35,211 nucleotides of DNA from a virus (taxonomy: Duplodnaviria > Caudoviricetes). Where the stretch lies: IMG/VR virus record IMGVR_UViG_3300037310_000508, positions 1 to 35,211 of that record; one strand, 5' to 3'. This document shows, piece after piece, positions 1-9,623 of this stretch; the first letter of the stretch is position 1, and each line of letters opens with the position of its first letter. The notes under the pieces were generated by a model. The model did no database searches. It was given only the letters and a program-made list of their open reading frames with translations, and was not told where the DNA came from. The translations under genes were made by a program, and so were the position numbers.

Positions 1-96
1 GGATGTCGCAGTTATGCATAAAAAACGCATAACTGTATAAAGATAGGCGAAAAGACGCCTTCCGTCAATGTCGGCAGGATTGATTTTAAGGGCCGG

Positions 97-171
97 TGTT
101 GATTTGCGTATCGTTTACTAAACGTCTGCATATCATTTACTAAACAGCCGTTTTCATATCTTTTACTAAAC
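97..171 (+). repeat. Prophage end: terminal 5'-TG plus three direct repeats TATCNTTTACTAAAC (putative transposase-binding sites)
   Basis: TGTT at 97-100. Repeats at 109-123, 131-145 and 157-171 differ at one position only (periods 22 and 26 bp). Confidence 0.8.
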
Positions 172-186
172 GAGTTCAATTAATGT

Positions 187-447
187 TCAAAAAGTGGGCC
201 GCCTGAGCCAATCTTTGCGATAGCAGCGACCAATAAGGCGGGATTTCTTCTTGGAGTGCGGCTGGCAGAGTATAAACCGCACTCCATATACACATTCAGA
301 GGATTTGTAGCCTGTATGGTTTTTAGATTTCTTGCGGTAACCTTGACGCCGAGAGCGGTTTTTCAATATGCGCTCTAAAACAAAGCACTCGGCATTGAGA
401 CCCATATTCATTGGCCGGCGTATTGTTTTGGAAGGTTCTTGGGGCAT
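187..447 (-). CDS. Doubtful basic hypothetical ORF
   Basis: ATG overlaps the upstream stop (TAATG), but the region is AT-rich and no motif is recognisable. Confidence 0.2.
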   Translation of the reverse strand: MPQEPSKTIRRPMNMGLNAECFVLERILKNRSRRQGYRKKSKNHTGYKSSECVYGVRFILCQPHSKKKSRLIGRCYRKDWLRRPTF

Positions 448-2195
448 TATTGAGCCTCTGTTGAAATAAATTCTGTAATCAGCCGGCCTTCAATATCAGT
501 CGTCTCTGAGGCGAGAATATGCGGGTCGCTTCGTTCGCCAAAAACACAAAACCCTACCGTTTCATTTGAGTTTGAATCGGCGGCAATTAGCGTGACTTCA
601 GCGCCAATGATTGAAGCGACACGGACTGGGGTAAAGCCGTCCACACTCCAAGCAAACCCGTCCAAATTTTGAGTGAGCGCGGCAAATGTGCCTGGTGTCA
701 TGCCAAACAGTTCATCCAGATTTACAACCGCCTGGCCCGCGTTGAGATTGACGCGGCCACGATAAATCAGGTCATAGCGCGGCCCTTCAATGAAGCCGTG
801 ACGCAGTTTATGAGTTGACCTCAAGGCCCCTACCGGGTGGTCAATTAAAAACGTCCCAGAGCCTTTGGCTAAAGAGCCGGCGACAGTAACGTCCCCCCCA
901 AAAGTGACCAGATTATCACCGCGAGCGGCGAAAGCTACCACACCTTGCCGTCCGATGAATTTCGCCATGTAACCGAAAGGCGCTTGCGGAGTCCCCGCGC
1001 TGACATCAGCAATGGTGAGAATCGTCACGTTAGGATTTCTGTCGAGAGAGGCAGTCATTTTGACAGTTTGCTCAAAAACCGAAGTAGAGCCTTCACGGGC
1101 ATAAGAATTAGGTTGCCCCTCAAACAGAAATAACGTCTGGCTAATTTGCTGGTCGGCTGGCTGTGTGTAATTTAGCCCAGTGAGCCGCATATCTCCTGTG
1201 ACCTGCCAATTCCCAACCAGCGTATCACCGTTTTTGTTGGCGGGCGTGTAACCTAATCCGGCAATCACAGAGCCGCTATCCAGGGGTTCCCAAATAGATT
1301 CTCCATTAGTTTTACAACGCAAAAAAGTCCCGGCAATCGGCACGCTGTTTCCAGTCCCTAATTTGATAAATTGCGTAGCAGACATCAGACCAGGAGCGGC
1401 GTTTGTCGCCATCACGCCACTAATTACCAGTTCGCTTTCTTCATCATTCCAACTCAGGTTAATGCCGGAGCCGCTGACAAGGGTCGCCGCCACGCGGTCA
1501 GAAATCGTCTCCGCGAGAATTGCAGGGTTTATTTGCGCTGCGAGTCCGTCCAGTGTAGCAAAAACGGAGTGAAGCGAACGGAGCAACGGCCTGGCATCGG
1601 CTAAATTACCTTGCTGCAACAACGTCGCGTTCGCCGGCACAGTGACGCGCCACAAAGGGACTTCGTTTGCTCCGGCAGCGGGCGCAACAGGGTTCGCTGA
1701 AGGCGAGCCTTGACGCACAGCCAGCACAATCCGAGTATGGCGTTCGGTTGGCTGGTCGAACTGCTGAGGAGCGTAATACACGCCGTCCTGAATCTCTTGC
1801 GCCGTGCGAAGGCGCACAAACGGGCGAAGTTCATTCACCGCCGCCACATCCGCTTGCAGTTGCGCGTAAATCAAATCAATGCGGGGCTGTGCGCCACCAG
1901 AGGCCAATTCCAAAGTTGTCGCCGTCGCGGGAATGGAGTCGTACAATTTGCCCGCCTGGTCAACCGCCACGCCGGGACTGATAGTGACATTCATGCCGCC
2001 GGCCAGTGTCGCGTTGAGGCCGTAGCATTGACCGGCACTTGCTCCTCTGACAAGAAGTTCGCGGGTGATGGCTTCAATATGCTCACGCTGGTAGGTCTGC
2101 GCGGCCAGAAAATCGGCAGGGTCATCAACTTGCCCGAATTGCGGGCCGGAAGGCGGATTTGGCTGAATGATATGAACAACAACTTCTCTACTCAT
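447..2195 (-). CDS. Tail fibre / receptor-binding protein
   Basis: Follows the baseplate genes. N-terminal baseplate-anchor-like region (PRIDLI, EVPLWRVTVP). C-terminal KGSGTFLIDHP..LRHGFIEGP..YRG motif typical of fibre C-terminal chaperone-like domains. Confidence 0.8.
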   Translation of the reverse strand: MSREVVVHIIQPNPPSGPQFGQVDDPADFLAAQTYQREHIEAITRELLVRGASAGQCYGLNATLAGGMNVTISPGVAVDQAGKLYDSIPATATTLELASGGAQPRIDLIYAQLQADVAAVNELRPFVRLRTAQEIQDGVYYAPQQFDQPTERHTRIVLAVRQGSPSANPVAPAAGANEVPLWRVTVPANATLLQQGNLADARPLLRSLHSVFATLDGLAAQINPAILAETISDRVAATLVSGSGINLSWNDEESELVISGVMATNAAPGLMSATQFIKLGTGNSVPIAGTFLRCKTNGESIWEPLDSGSVIAGLGYTPANKNGDTLVGNWQVTGDMRLTGLNYTQPADQQISQTLFLFEGQPNSYAREGSTSVFEQTVKMTASLDRNPNVTILTIADVSAGTPQAPFGYMAKFIGRQGVVAFAARGDNLVTFGGDVTVAGSLAKGSGTFLIDHPVGALRSTHKLRHGFIEGPRYDLIYRGRVNLNAGQAVVNLDELFGMTPGTFAALTQNLDGFAWSVDGFTPVRVASIIGAEVTLIAADSNSNETVGFCVFGERSDPHILASETTDIEGRLITEFISTEAQ

Positions 2196-2204
2196 AATTC
2201 CCTC

Positions 2205-3116
2205 TTAAATCAATACTTGAACAATTTGTCGGGCAGTGGCGTCACGATGGGCGCTATCCACCACTGTCAACCTAAGGAGATAAAATCCTGACGCCTGATA
2301 GATATGTCGCGCCTTTACGCCATAAGTCGCAGGGCTGCCGTCGCCCCAATCCCATTCATATAATTCCAGTGCGCCATTGGGACTGGTCGCTGCTGTGGCG
2401 TCGGCTTCAACGCGCGGGTCAAATTCATAAATCAATGAATCGCCCGGCGACCAGCGAGAGAGGCTAAATGCAGGCGACGGCGGACGGCGGCGAGAAGTAA
2501 AGGGAGAAGCCGGCTGCATTATCTGAAGCATAATGACATTGCCCAAAGGCCATCCCCAACGCACTAATTCTTCTAACTCAGCGCGGGTCATCTGTTGGGA
2601 CGGATGCGCCCAATAACTCTCTCCTTTGACGGATTCGCCCCAGAATCCTAAATCTTCAGTCACGCCCGGAAACGGCGGAAAAAGACGCACCAGCAGTCCC
2701 AGAGGCCCCCCGATGGACACATCATTCGCGCCCCAGATTCGTTCTCCCCAAACCAACGGCCCGTTGATGACTTCCGCCGGCAGGCCAAAAGCGGCAAGAA
2801 ATCCTTCAATGCCGCGCTTTGTGCCGCGTCGGGCCAAGTGCCTCGCCATATTTGCGTACAGTTGCCGCTTGCGTTCTAACGGGAGCCAAGCGGGAAACCA
2901 TGACCAGCCAAAGAGCGCAGATAGCCAATACTCTACCCACTCTTCCGGCGCAGTGTCTGGATTTAGCCTTTCCCAGAAAGTGTCGAAGGTTTCATCAATC
3001 GCATCCAATTCCTGCCCAAACCACTGCAAAAACCTATACAGAAACGCGCCGGCATCGTCGCGCCGCAGACGCGCCGGCAAGTGTTGTAGCAGGTATTCTT
3101 TGTTATTGAATGACAT
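2205..3116 (-). CDS. Baseplate wedge / tail protein (P2 gpI-like) with C-terminal PKD domain
   Basis: LP...LYRFL...LNPDTAPEEWVEYW...RRGTKRGI pattern. C-terminal YEWDWGDGS...HIY...G.Y...LTVVD PKD signature. Confidence 0.8.
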   Translation of the reverse strand: MSFNNKEYLLQHLPARLRRDDAGAFLYRFLQWFGQELDAIDETFDTFWERLNPDTAPEEWVEYWLSALFGWSWFPAWLPLERKRQLYANMARHLARRGTKRGIEGFLAAFGLPAEVINGPLVWGERIWGANDVSIGGPLGLLVRLFPPFPGVTEDLGFWGESVKGESYWAHPSQQMTRAELEELVRWGWPLGNVIMLQIMQPASPFTSRRRPPSPAFSLSRWSPGDSLIYEFDPRVEADATAATSPNGALELYEWDWGDGSPATYGVKARHIYQASGFYLLRLTVVDSAHRDATARQIVQVLI

Positions 3117-4308
3117 GAAGCGTGACGGCCAATAGCGCAGGGGTTTGGTGCGCTCTCAAAATAGAGTCGGTCATGGGCGCAGTCAGTATCGGCCCTGCCA
3201 CAGGCGACACCAGGCGGTCAACGCCGGGCGTGGATTCTACAATGGCGATGATATCCGAGCGCAAAATCGGCTTGCCAAAATTACCATATTCAATGGCATA
3301 AAACGCTCTCAGGCGTTTCTCAGCTTCATTGAGGGCTGCCGAAGCTGTCGCCATCGCGCTCAGACGAACGCTGGCCTCAATGCTGAAAGTAATGTTATAC
3401 GGGTCATCTACATAGACATATTGGTTTCCCACAAGCTGTTTGAGCAGCAATCTTATTTCTGCTTTGACCTCATCCTCTAACGGCAAGCCGTTGGCCCCAG
3501 CCACAACCAGAGTCGTGTGGCCGGGTTGAATGCCAGTAAAATCGCCGTCGCGGGCAAACTGAAACGCCCGCGCCAAGCCGACTCCGCCTAAGACCTCTTC
3601 ACGCACGGCATCTTCCAGGTCTTGGGCCGTGACTAACCGTTCGCCGCGTTTTTGATAATTTCTGGCGCGGGCTAAAGCTGCCGAAACGGTCTCCGCCTCC
3701 GCGCCGGAATCAACCGCCTTTGGATTCGTCACACCTGTTACAAAACCTATTGTGTCAACCTCGTCAGTCAATGTATCAGGGGCCAACAAAGTCTTGCCAG
3801 GCACATTGCGAACAGCTTCTACTTCCCCGCTTGAAGCGCCGGAAGGAATGGTAAGCGACGCGACGGTCGCAAAAACATATTCCCCGCCCGGCGTCTGCAC
3901 TTCTACGCCTGAAGGAATGGTTACATCAGTGCCAAGCGGAGCATTCACTGTGAAACGGAGAAGCGTCTGCGCCGCAGACGCTTCCCGCAACTCAATGCCA
4001 AACAAACGGGCAAACTCAATCAAATTGCTGTCTGGCACTTGGTTCAAACGGCGGGCCAATTGTCCCACGAGCCAGGCTTGCGCTTCGAGCAACACGGTAT
4101 GCGGGCTGGAAGGATTGGCATTGGTCAGTTCAGGGCAAATAGCCGGGGCCAAGCCGCCGCTCGCGACAATGGCCCGGAGACTTCGCAGAGTTTCTATTTG
4201 ACGGTCAATATCAACCACCGTCAACGCCCCCGTCACGCGGGCGATGGCCTGCGCTGCGAGTAATTCCTCGTTGCGGAGTTCTAAATCAGGACGTGGTATT
4301 AAAGCCAT
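3103..4308 (-). CDS. Baseplate J-like protein
   Basis: VTNP..VDSGAEAET..RLVTAQDLE motif; position between gp25-like and gpI-like genes. Confidence 0.9.
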   Translation of the reverse strand: MALIPRPDLELRNEELLAAQAIARVTGALTVVDIDRQIETLRSLRAIVASGGLAPAICPELTNANPSSPHTVLLEAQAWLVGQLARRLNQVPDSNLIEFARLFGIELREASAAQTLLRFTVNAPLGTDVTIPSGVEVQTPGGEYVFATVASLTIPSGASSGEVEAVRNVPGKTLLAPDTLTDEVDTIGFVTGVTNPKAVDSGAEAETVSAALARARNYQKRGERLVTAQDLEDAVREEVLGGVGLARAFQFARDGDFTGIQPGHTTLVVAGANGLPLEDEVKAEIRLLLKQLVGNQYVYVDDPYNITFSIEASVRLSAMATASAALNEAEKRLRAFYAIEYGNFGKPILRSDIIAIVESTPGVDRLVSPVAGPILTAPMTDSILRAHQTPALLAVTLHVIQ

Positions 4309-4712
4309 CAGTCAGCAAACTCCCATAATGGGTACAGCAGATTGCGGGGAGTATTTGCGCCGCGTTCCGTCCAGGTTATGTTTACCGCTACTCGTCCAGC
4401 GAGAGAGCGGTCAAACGCGCCCTCAGGGTTCAAACTGCCAACAACGGCATTAACTTCGGCGACAAGCGGCTCATAACGAAGCACCTGTTGTTGAATGTAG
4501 AACGCAAGACGAGCCGCAAAGCCGGCGTCCTGCACCTCAAACACAACATCCGGCAAACCATAGTCAGGGAGCATCACCCGTTCTCCTTGCCGGGTTTCGA
4601 GAATACTCACGATGGACTGTTCGATGAGATCCACAGGCGAAGACACAATCACCAACGCCCCGCGCTCGTCGGCGCGAAGAGGGTGACTGAGCATGGAGCC
4701 GTGAAAATTCAT
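4308..4712 (-). CDS. GPW/gp25 family baseplate protein
   Basis: IEQSIVSILETRQGERVMLPDYG...YEP motif. Confidence 0.9.
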   Translation of the reverse strand: MNFHGSMLSHPLRADERGALVIVSSPVDLIEQSIVSILETRQGERVMLPDYGLPDVVFEVQDAGFAARLAFYIQQQVLRYEPLVAEVNAVVGSLNPEGAFDRSLAGRVAVNITWTERGANTPRNLLYPLWEFAD

Positions 4713-4715
4713 GGT

Positions 4716-5084
4716 TTATACAGTAACTAGCCAGCCAAGGGCCAGCGCGTCAGTGGGAGAGATTTCAGCGTCGCCGAATTCCGCCAGAAGGATAGCCTCA
4801 CATTCCAGCGTGATATTCGTTGCTGTAAGCTCTGCGGCCTCTTTATTAAATGCTGCCATTTGTTCTTGTGGCACTTTTAGAATTTCGCCTTCCGGCCCGT
4901 TATCCTTTTTGCCGTATTTCTCAAACAACTCCAGTCGTGTTTTGTCGAAATCCTCCATCTTTGCGCGATTGGCGCGTAACACTCCGGCCACCCGAAAAGA
5001 AACTCTCGCCGGCAATTTCATCAAACCCAGGTTAGCTAATGCTTGCTGTGAGTTTAGCAACTCGTTTAAGGTTAAAGTAATCAT
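4716..5084 (-). CDS. Hypothetical protein, possibly tail-fibre chaperone
   Basis: Helical 122-aa protein coupled to the fibre gene (ATGA overlap). Confidence 0.55.
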   Translation of the reverse strand: MITLTLNELLNSQQALANLGLMKLPARVSFRVAGVLRANRAKMEDFDKTRLELFEKYGKKDNGPEGEILKVPQEQMAAFNKEAAELTATNITLECEAILLAEFGDAEISPTDALALGWLVTV

Positions 5085-7264
5085 AAGTTTGTCACCGTCA
5101 ACATTCCCAAATTAGAGACGCCCACACGCCAGCGATTGCCGTTCGGGGAGCGTAAAATCAAACCCTTTGCCGAATCTGTGATTTCAATATCGCCGGCAAC
5201 TTCAGTGTTGCCGTTGGCGCGGTGAACGAAGGTCAGAGGGTCGGTAAACCCATTCTGCAAACCCAAGGCTACATACTGACCAGGGTTAAGGCCGATTCTG
5301 ACACCCACTCCCGTCCCATCATCATTGACCGCATTGCGAAAACTGATGCCGTCCTGACGCCCGCTGCCACGCATGAACCCGTACAGCGCGTTGGTCAGGT
5401 CAACTTGCCACGCGCCAAAACCGGAGGCCAGTAACGGCGTCCAAAACATCTCGCCATCGCTGTTGAGACGCTGCACTGGAGAGCCGCCCTTATCAAACCT
5501 GTACAAACTGCCGCCGGTCATCACATTCACCGCATCTACAATCAACCCTGCCCAGGCGTCGGCGGGCCGGTTAGCCGCGTTATAAGTAACACCGAGAGCA
5601 GTCTGAAAGCCGGCGGTAGTGGGCGCGTGCGAAAATGCTCCGCCACCGACGACACCAAGCGTCGCGCCCAAGCTGATACTTTTACTTGTGCGGTTGTAGG
5701 TGAAAATACTGTGGCCGTGAATGAATATACCCATATCCGCGCCTGGTTGCTCGTTGAACTGGTCTATCCGAATCTGCCCATAATTGAGCCACAAATCACT
5801 GTCAACGAAATCAAACTCCGGAGCGGCGCGCCCAGGCAACGCCGGCCAATGTTTGATAGCCAACCGCGAAACTGAGAAATCGGCAAACGCATTTTCCGTC
5901 TCGCGTTGCATGGTTATCCCAAAGGGCCGCACGGAGAATTGCCCCTGCGAATTTACCCACTGCCAGTACCATTCCAAGCTGGAGGTGTTGCCGACAGGGT
6001 TCCACCGCGCTTCGATATTCTGATACCAACTGGGTTCAGAATTGAGCGTGCGACGCGAGTTGTAGCCATAGGAAAGGACTGGATTGACGCCTAACGCGCC
6101 TCCCTGCGGCACGCCGAAAACAACCAACTCAAACGGCGCGGCGTTTGAGTTCGCCGTATTCACGCTGAGAACTGTGCCGCTTATCGGAAAGTTGGCCTGA
6201 TACGCAATGGAATCTCCACCCATCGCCGCCACAAACGGCCCGTCAGCGGAGGCCGGGGCGTAGCCGAGCGCGTCGGCAATCTCGGTGTCAGTCAGCGGGC
6301 CAAACTCATAATGCGCCGGAAACGTGTCATCCACCCAACGCGCAAAACCCGTCCGGCTTGGCCCCGCTAAATCTGTCAAAACCTCCGAGAGTGGCTGCTT
6401 GCCACCCAGCGAGGCCGTGACTGTTGAGGCAAAATTCGCGTCATTGCCCAACGCTGCCGCCAATTCGTTGAGCGTATCCAGTGCGCCCGGCGCAGAACCA
6501 ACGATTGCAGCGACTTCGTTGCGAACAAAGGCCGTTGTTGCCAACTGCGTAGAGTTTGCGCCAGGCGCGGCGGTGGGGGCCGTCGGCGTGCCGGTCAAGG
6601 CAGGAGACGCCAGTGGAGCCTTTAGATTCAAGGCCGCTTGAGCCAGATTTGAAATTGGTTTATTGGCGTCGCTGGTATTATCCACATTGCCAAGCCCCAC
6701 AGCCCCTTTGTTTAGAGGTTGCCAGGATTTATCGCCGCGCCAATACTGCGCCGTTGTTCCGGCGACAATCGCAGGTTCAGCCAAACCAATCTGAGCGACC
6801 AGATTGGCTGACACACTGAGAACACCTTCAGAGTTCACTTCCAGATGCTGCCCAATGCGAACGTGGCCGAGATTGCTGGCAGAGGCTTTGAGTCCCGTGT
6901 GAGCCAACAACAAAGCGCGAATGGCAAGAAATGCGGCCTCCCGCGAAACCTGCGGAGAAATCACGCTTGAAGCCCGCAACACCCCTAATTCCACAGGGGT
7001 TCCATCGCCATAGGCCAGATTGATGAAGAAAGGCGCGGAATCCGGCCCTTGAACTACATATTTGGTTGGCGTCAGGCCCTCTGCATCGCACCACAACCGG
7101 ATAGAAAATCCGCCGTCTTCAGCCAGCGCAACTCGCTTCACATCACGCGGATAATGAACATCCGCCGTGTAAGAGCCAGGAATAAGCTGGAACGAGACTT
7201 TCCCGCCGGCCCACGCTTGGCCGTCCGGGTGTTCAAATCTGCCTGTAACAGTTCTGAGAGCCAT
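5081..7264 (-). CDS. Tail fibre protein
   Basis: Fibre repeats VGLGNVDNTSDANKPIS, KAPLASPALTGTPTAPT, APGALDTLNELAAALGNDANFA; C-terminal GLILRSPNGNRWRVGVSN. Confidence 0.88.
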   Translation of the reverse strand: MALRTVTGRFEHPDGQAWAGGKVSFQLIPGSYTADVHYPRDVKRVALAEDGGFSIRLWCDAEGLTPTKYVVQGPDSAPFFINLAYGDGTPVELGVLRASSVISPQVSREAAFLAIRALLLAHTGLKASASNLGHVRIGQHLEVNSEGVLSVSANLVAQIGLAEPAIVAGTTAQYWRGDKSWQPLNKGAVGLGNVDNTSDANKPISNLAQAALNLKAPLASPALTGTPTAPTAAPGANSTQLATTAFVRNEVAAIVGSAPGALDTLNELAAALGNDANFASTVTASLGGKQPLSEVLTDLAGPSRTGFARWVDDTFPAHYEFGPLTDTEIADALGYAPASADGPFVAAMGGDSIAYQANFPISGTVLSVNTANSNAAPFELVVFGVPQGGALGVNPVLSYGYNSRRTLNSEPSWYQNIEARWNPVGNTSSLEWYWQWVNSQGQFSVRPFGITMQRETENAFADFSVSRLAIKHWPALPGRAAPEFDFVDSDLWLNYGQIRIDQFNEQPGADMGIFIHGHSIFTYNRTSKSISLGATLGVVGGGAFSHAPTTAGFQTALGVTYNAANRPADAWAGLIVDAVNVMTGGSLYRFDKGGSPVQRLNSDGEMFWTPLLASGFGAWQVDLTNALYGFMRGSGRQDGISFRNAVNDDGTGVGVRIGLNPGQYVALGLQNGFTDPLTFVHRANGNTEVAGDIEITDSAKGLILRSPNGNRWRVGVSNLGMLTVTNL

Positions 7265-7275
7265 TTGTAACCTTT

Positions 7276-7803
7276 CTAACTGAGGCAGCCGAGCGTAGAT
7301 TCCAGCCGCGCTATTTGACCATTCAATTCACCGACATATTCGTTGTAGCGCATGAGCATACGCCTCTGTGCCGTCGAACGCGCCGATTCCGGTATAGAGA
7401 GAATGTCATTCTTGGCAGTGTTCACCTCTCCGATTTTGGAGTTGACAGCGGCGACGGCGGCTTGCGCCTCGGCATTTGCCGCCGCCAGTATTTGATTCAA
7501 AGCCGCTACCAACTGGGCAACCTGCTGAGTCACCTGCGCGGCGCGTTGGGCATATCGCGGCGCACGCGCAATCTGGGGCAGTTGGCCGTCAATGAGCGCG
7601 TAAATCTGCTCTTCGAGTGCTTTCTTCAGGGCGCGAATTTGCAGCACCGCGTTCAAATCAGGCAAGTTGCCGAATTGGTTGCCCACAAACGATGTGGCAT
7701 TGCCCGGAGCGCAACCCACGTTGGGCAGTTGTGGCAAGCTACGAATCTGCGGCACGCCAAGGCGCGGCAATTTCGGCGGAGGAATTGGCGGCAGTCCACT
7801 CAT
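7276..7803 (-). CDS. Hypothetical Pro-rich / coiled-coil baseplate-region protein
   Basis: In the operon directly after the spike gene; Ala/Gln heptads. Confidence 0.6.
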   Translation of the reverse strand: MSGLPPIPPPKLPRLGVPQIRSLPQLPNVGCAPGNATSFVGNQFGNLPDLNAVLQIRALKKALEEQIYALIDGQLPQIARAPRYAQRAAQVTQQVAQLVAALNQILAAANAEAQAAVAAVNSKIGEVNTAKNDILSIPESARSTAQRRMLMRYNEYVGELNGQIARLESTLGCLS

Positions 7804-7810
7804 AACTTAA

Positions 7811-8305
7811 TCAGGCTATTGGCTTTCCGTTAATAAACAACCCGCCCGGCGCAGTGATTGACACTTTGGCGTCCGCTTCGATATGAACGCGCCCGGCGCG
7901 AAGTTGCATATCACCTTCCGCGATGAGTTTGAAATCCGCCGGCACCCGAAAACCGCTCACAGCAGAGTCGGGAAAATCCGCCGGCACAGGAAAATCCTCG
8001 TTATAGCAAGGCGTGTAAAAGAGCGTGTACTTTTCGCCCAAATAACCAAACAGCAACACTTCGGCCCCCAACGGCGGAATGAAATGACCGCCGAAGCCTC
8101 GCCCCAACACAAAAGACATCATGCTGGTCACCCATTTGTCATAAACCGCGTTTTCATCCAGCACAGGGATAATGACTTTGACCCGCGCCTGCCGTTCAGG
8201 GTCTTCGCTTTCAGCGACAATGCCGGACACGCCGAACATCCACTGTTGTTCGCGGGCCGTCGGCGCGGCGCGTCTCATTGCTTCGCGCAAGTTCTTAGCC
8301 ATCAA
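7811..8305 (-). CDS. Baseplate spike (gpV / gp5 OB-fold)
   Basis: DPERQARVKVIIP...GGHFIPPLGAEVLL pattern followed by short beta repeats. Confidence 0.85.
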   Translation of the reverse strand: MMAKNLREAMRRAAPTAREQQWMFGVSGIVAESEDPERQARVKVIIPVLDENAVYDKWVTSMMSFVLGRGFGGHFIPPLGAEVLLFGYLGEKYTLFYTPCYNEDFPVPADFPDSAVSGFRVPADFKLIAEGDMQLRAGRVHIEADAKVSITAPGGLFINGKPIA

Positions 8306-9369
8306 AAATTACCTATGCCGGATGCCGGCGATAACGGCGTCGGCAGAATCCCTTCATCTACATCGCGGGATAAATCAAAGGTAGTGGTCAATTCTTCCTC
8401 AGAATAATTATGCGTTACCCTGTCAGCCACATACAGGCCACTAAATAATTGCCCCAGCCCTTCCAGTTTCAGCGTCTCGCGCACGTCCAGCCGTAAATCT
8501 ATGACCGGCGGAAGCGTCCGCACGGTGACACTGAAAGCGCGTTCGCGCTCAAGTTCTTTTTGCGCTTGCGCTCGGCGCGAGGCGTGGCGGTGAGTGCGCT
8601 GGGTAAAATCTCGCTTAACAACTATCTCCTCGACACCGCGCCGGCTACGGTCAGACGCTCCTGCCAGTTGTTTTCCGCCTTTGCCCCGCCCACGCGCCAC
8701 GACCTGTTTAGGTCTGCCGTCCTGATTCTCCGGCGTGCGGTAACGCATATCAAACTGGTCGAGCAGCAAGAAATCTTGGCGGTAACGCAGGGTCAACTTC
8801 GGCGCGCTCACCTTTGCCGGATATTTGGCAAAGAGAGTGTCTTGGCGCACGAACAGCACCAATCCGGCTTCACGAGCGCGTTCCTGCGCGTGTTCCCAAT
8901 CGGTTTGTTCGTCTTGGAGCATCGCGCCGTGCGGCTCCAACCTGAGCGGCCTTTCGGGGCCTTCAAAGAGCAATTGATTATCCTTCGCTACGCGCGCCAG
9001 GATTGCCAAATCATCGCGTTTATTGTGATACCGAGTCCGTTTCACCAAACGCATCTTTAAGCCCATGTCATAAGCCCGAAATGTCGTGCTGCCGTCCCCG
9101 CGCTCTATTGACGCCAGGATTCCTTTGAAGACGGGTTCTCCCAAGTCGTCGCCAAACCCAAGCCAAAATCTCATCACCAGCATCGGCACGCCGCCGGGCC
9201 TGGTGTATTTATCAATCATCCGAAAGTTCGGGTCGAAAACCGTCCAGACCGCCTCTGACGCCTCGTTAGTCGCCAAATCCACCGACAGGCTTTCAAACAA
9301 ACGCGGATGGCGGCGCGAGTCCCAAAGGGTGTCGCCGATTTGCACGACTGCTGTTCCATTGGCATTCAC
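8302..9369 (-). CDS. Baseplate hub (late control D / Mu gp44-like)
   Basis: QDEQTDWE..ERAREAG..FVRQDTLF and G.GQLFSGLY...VTH motifs. Confidence 0.85.
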   Translation of the reverse strand: MNANGTAVVQIGDTLWDSRRHPRLFESLSVDLATNEASEAVWTVFDPNFRMIDKYTRPGGVPMLVMRFWLGFGDDLGEPVFKGILASIERGDGSTTFRAYDMGLKMRLVKRTRYHNKRDDLAILARVAKDNQLLFEGPERPLRLEPHGAMLQDEQTDWEHAQERAREAGLVLFVRQDTLFAKYPAKVSAPKLTLRYRQDFLLLDQFDMRYRTPENQDGRPKQVVARGRGKGGKQLAGASDRSRRGVEEIVVKRDFTQRTHRHASRRAQAQKELERERAFSVTVRTLPPVIDLRLDVRETLKLEGLGQLFSGLYVADRVTHNYSEEELTTTFDLSRDVDEGILPTPLSPASGIGNF

Positions 9370-9623
9370 CTGGCTTCATACCTTCCATCAGCTAAGGGGC
9401 GCGGCGGAATCAGCAATCGCGTGCCGGGTGTAACGCGCCGGGCGTCAACGATGCCATTCCGGTCAGCTATAACCCGCCATAGCCGCCAGTCTCTGTAATA
9501 CTTGGCCGCCAAACCTGATAAGGTCTCTCCGGCGACAAAGATATGTTCGGCTAAAAAGCTCTCGCTAAAGGGCGTCGCTTGGCCGTACCGCTCAAAGGGG
9601 CTAATGTCGCGGGAACTATTCAT
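9366..9623 (-). CDS. LysM-domain tail protein (gpX-like)
   Basis: GETLSGLAAKYYRDWRLWRVIADRNGI...PGTRLLIP. Confidence 0.88.
   Translation of the reverse strand: MNSSRDISPFERYGQATPFSESFLAEHIFVAGETLSGLAAKYYRDWRLWRVIADRNGIVDARRVTPGTRLLIPPRPLADGRYEAR

Noticed and set aside
109-171. CRISPR-like array
   Set aside because: Repeats are 15 bp with 7-11 bp gaps, there are no cas genes, and they are better explained as transposase sites.
447-7264. DGR or invertible tail-fibre segment
   Set aside because: No reverse transcriptase, template/variable repeat pair, invertase or inverted fibre genes were seen.
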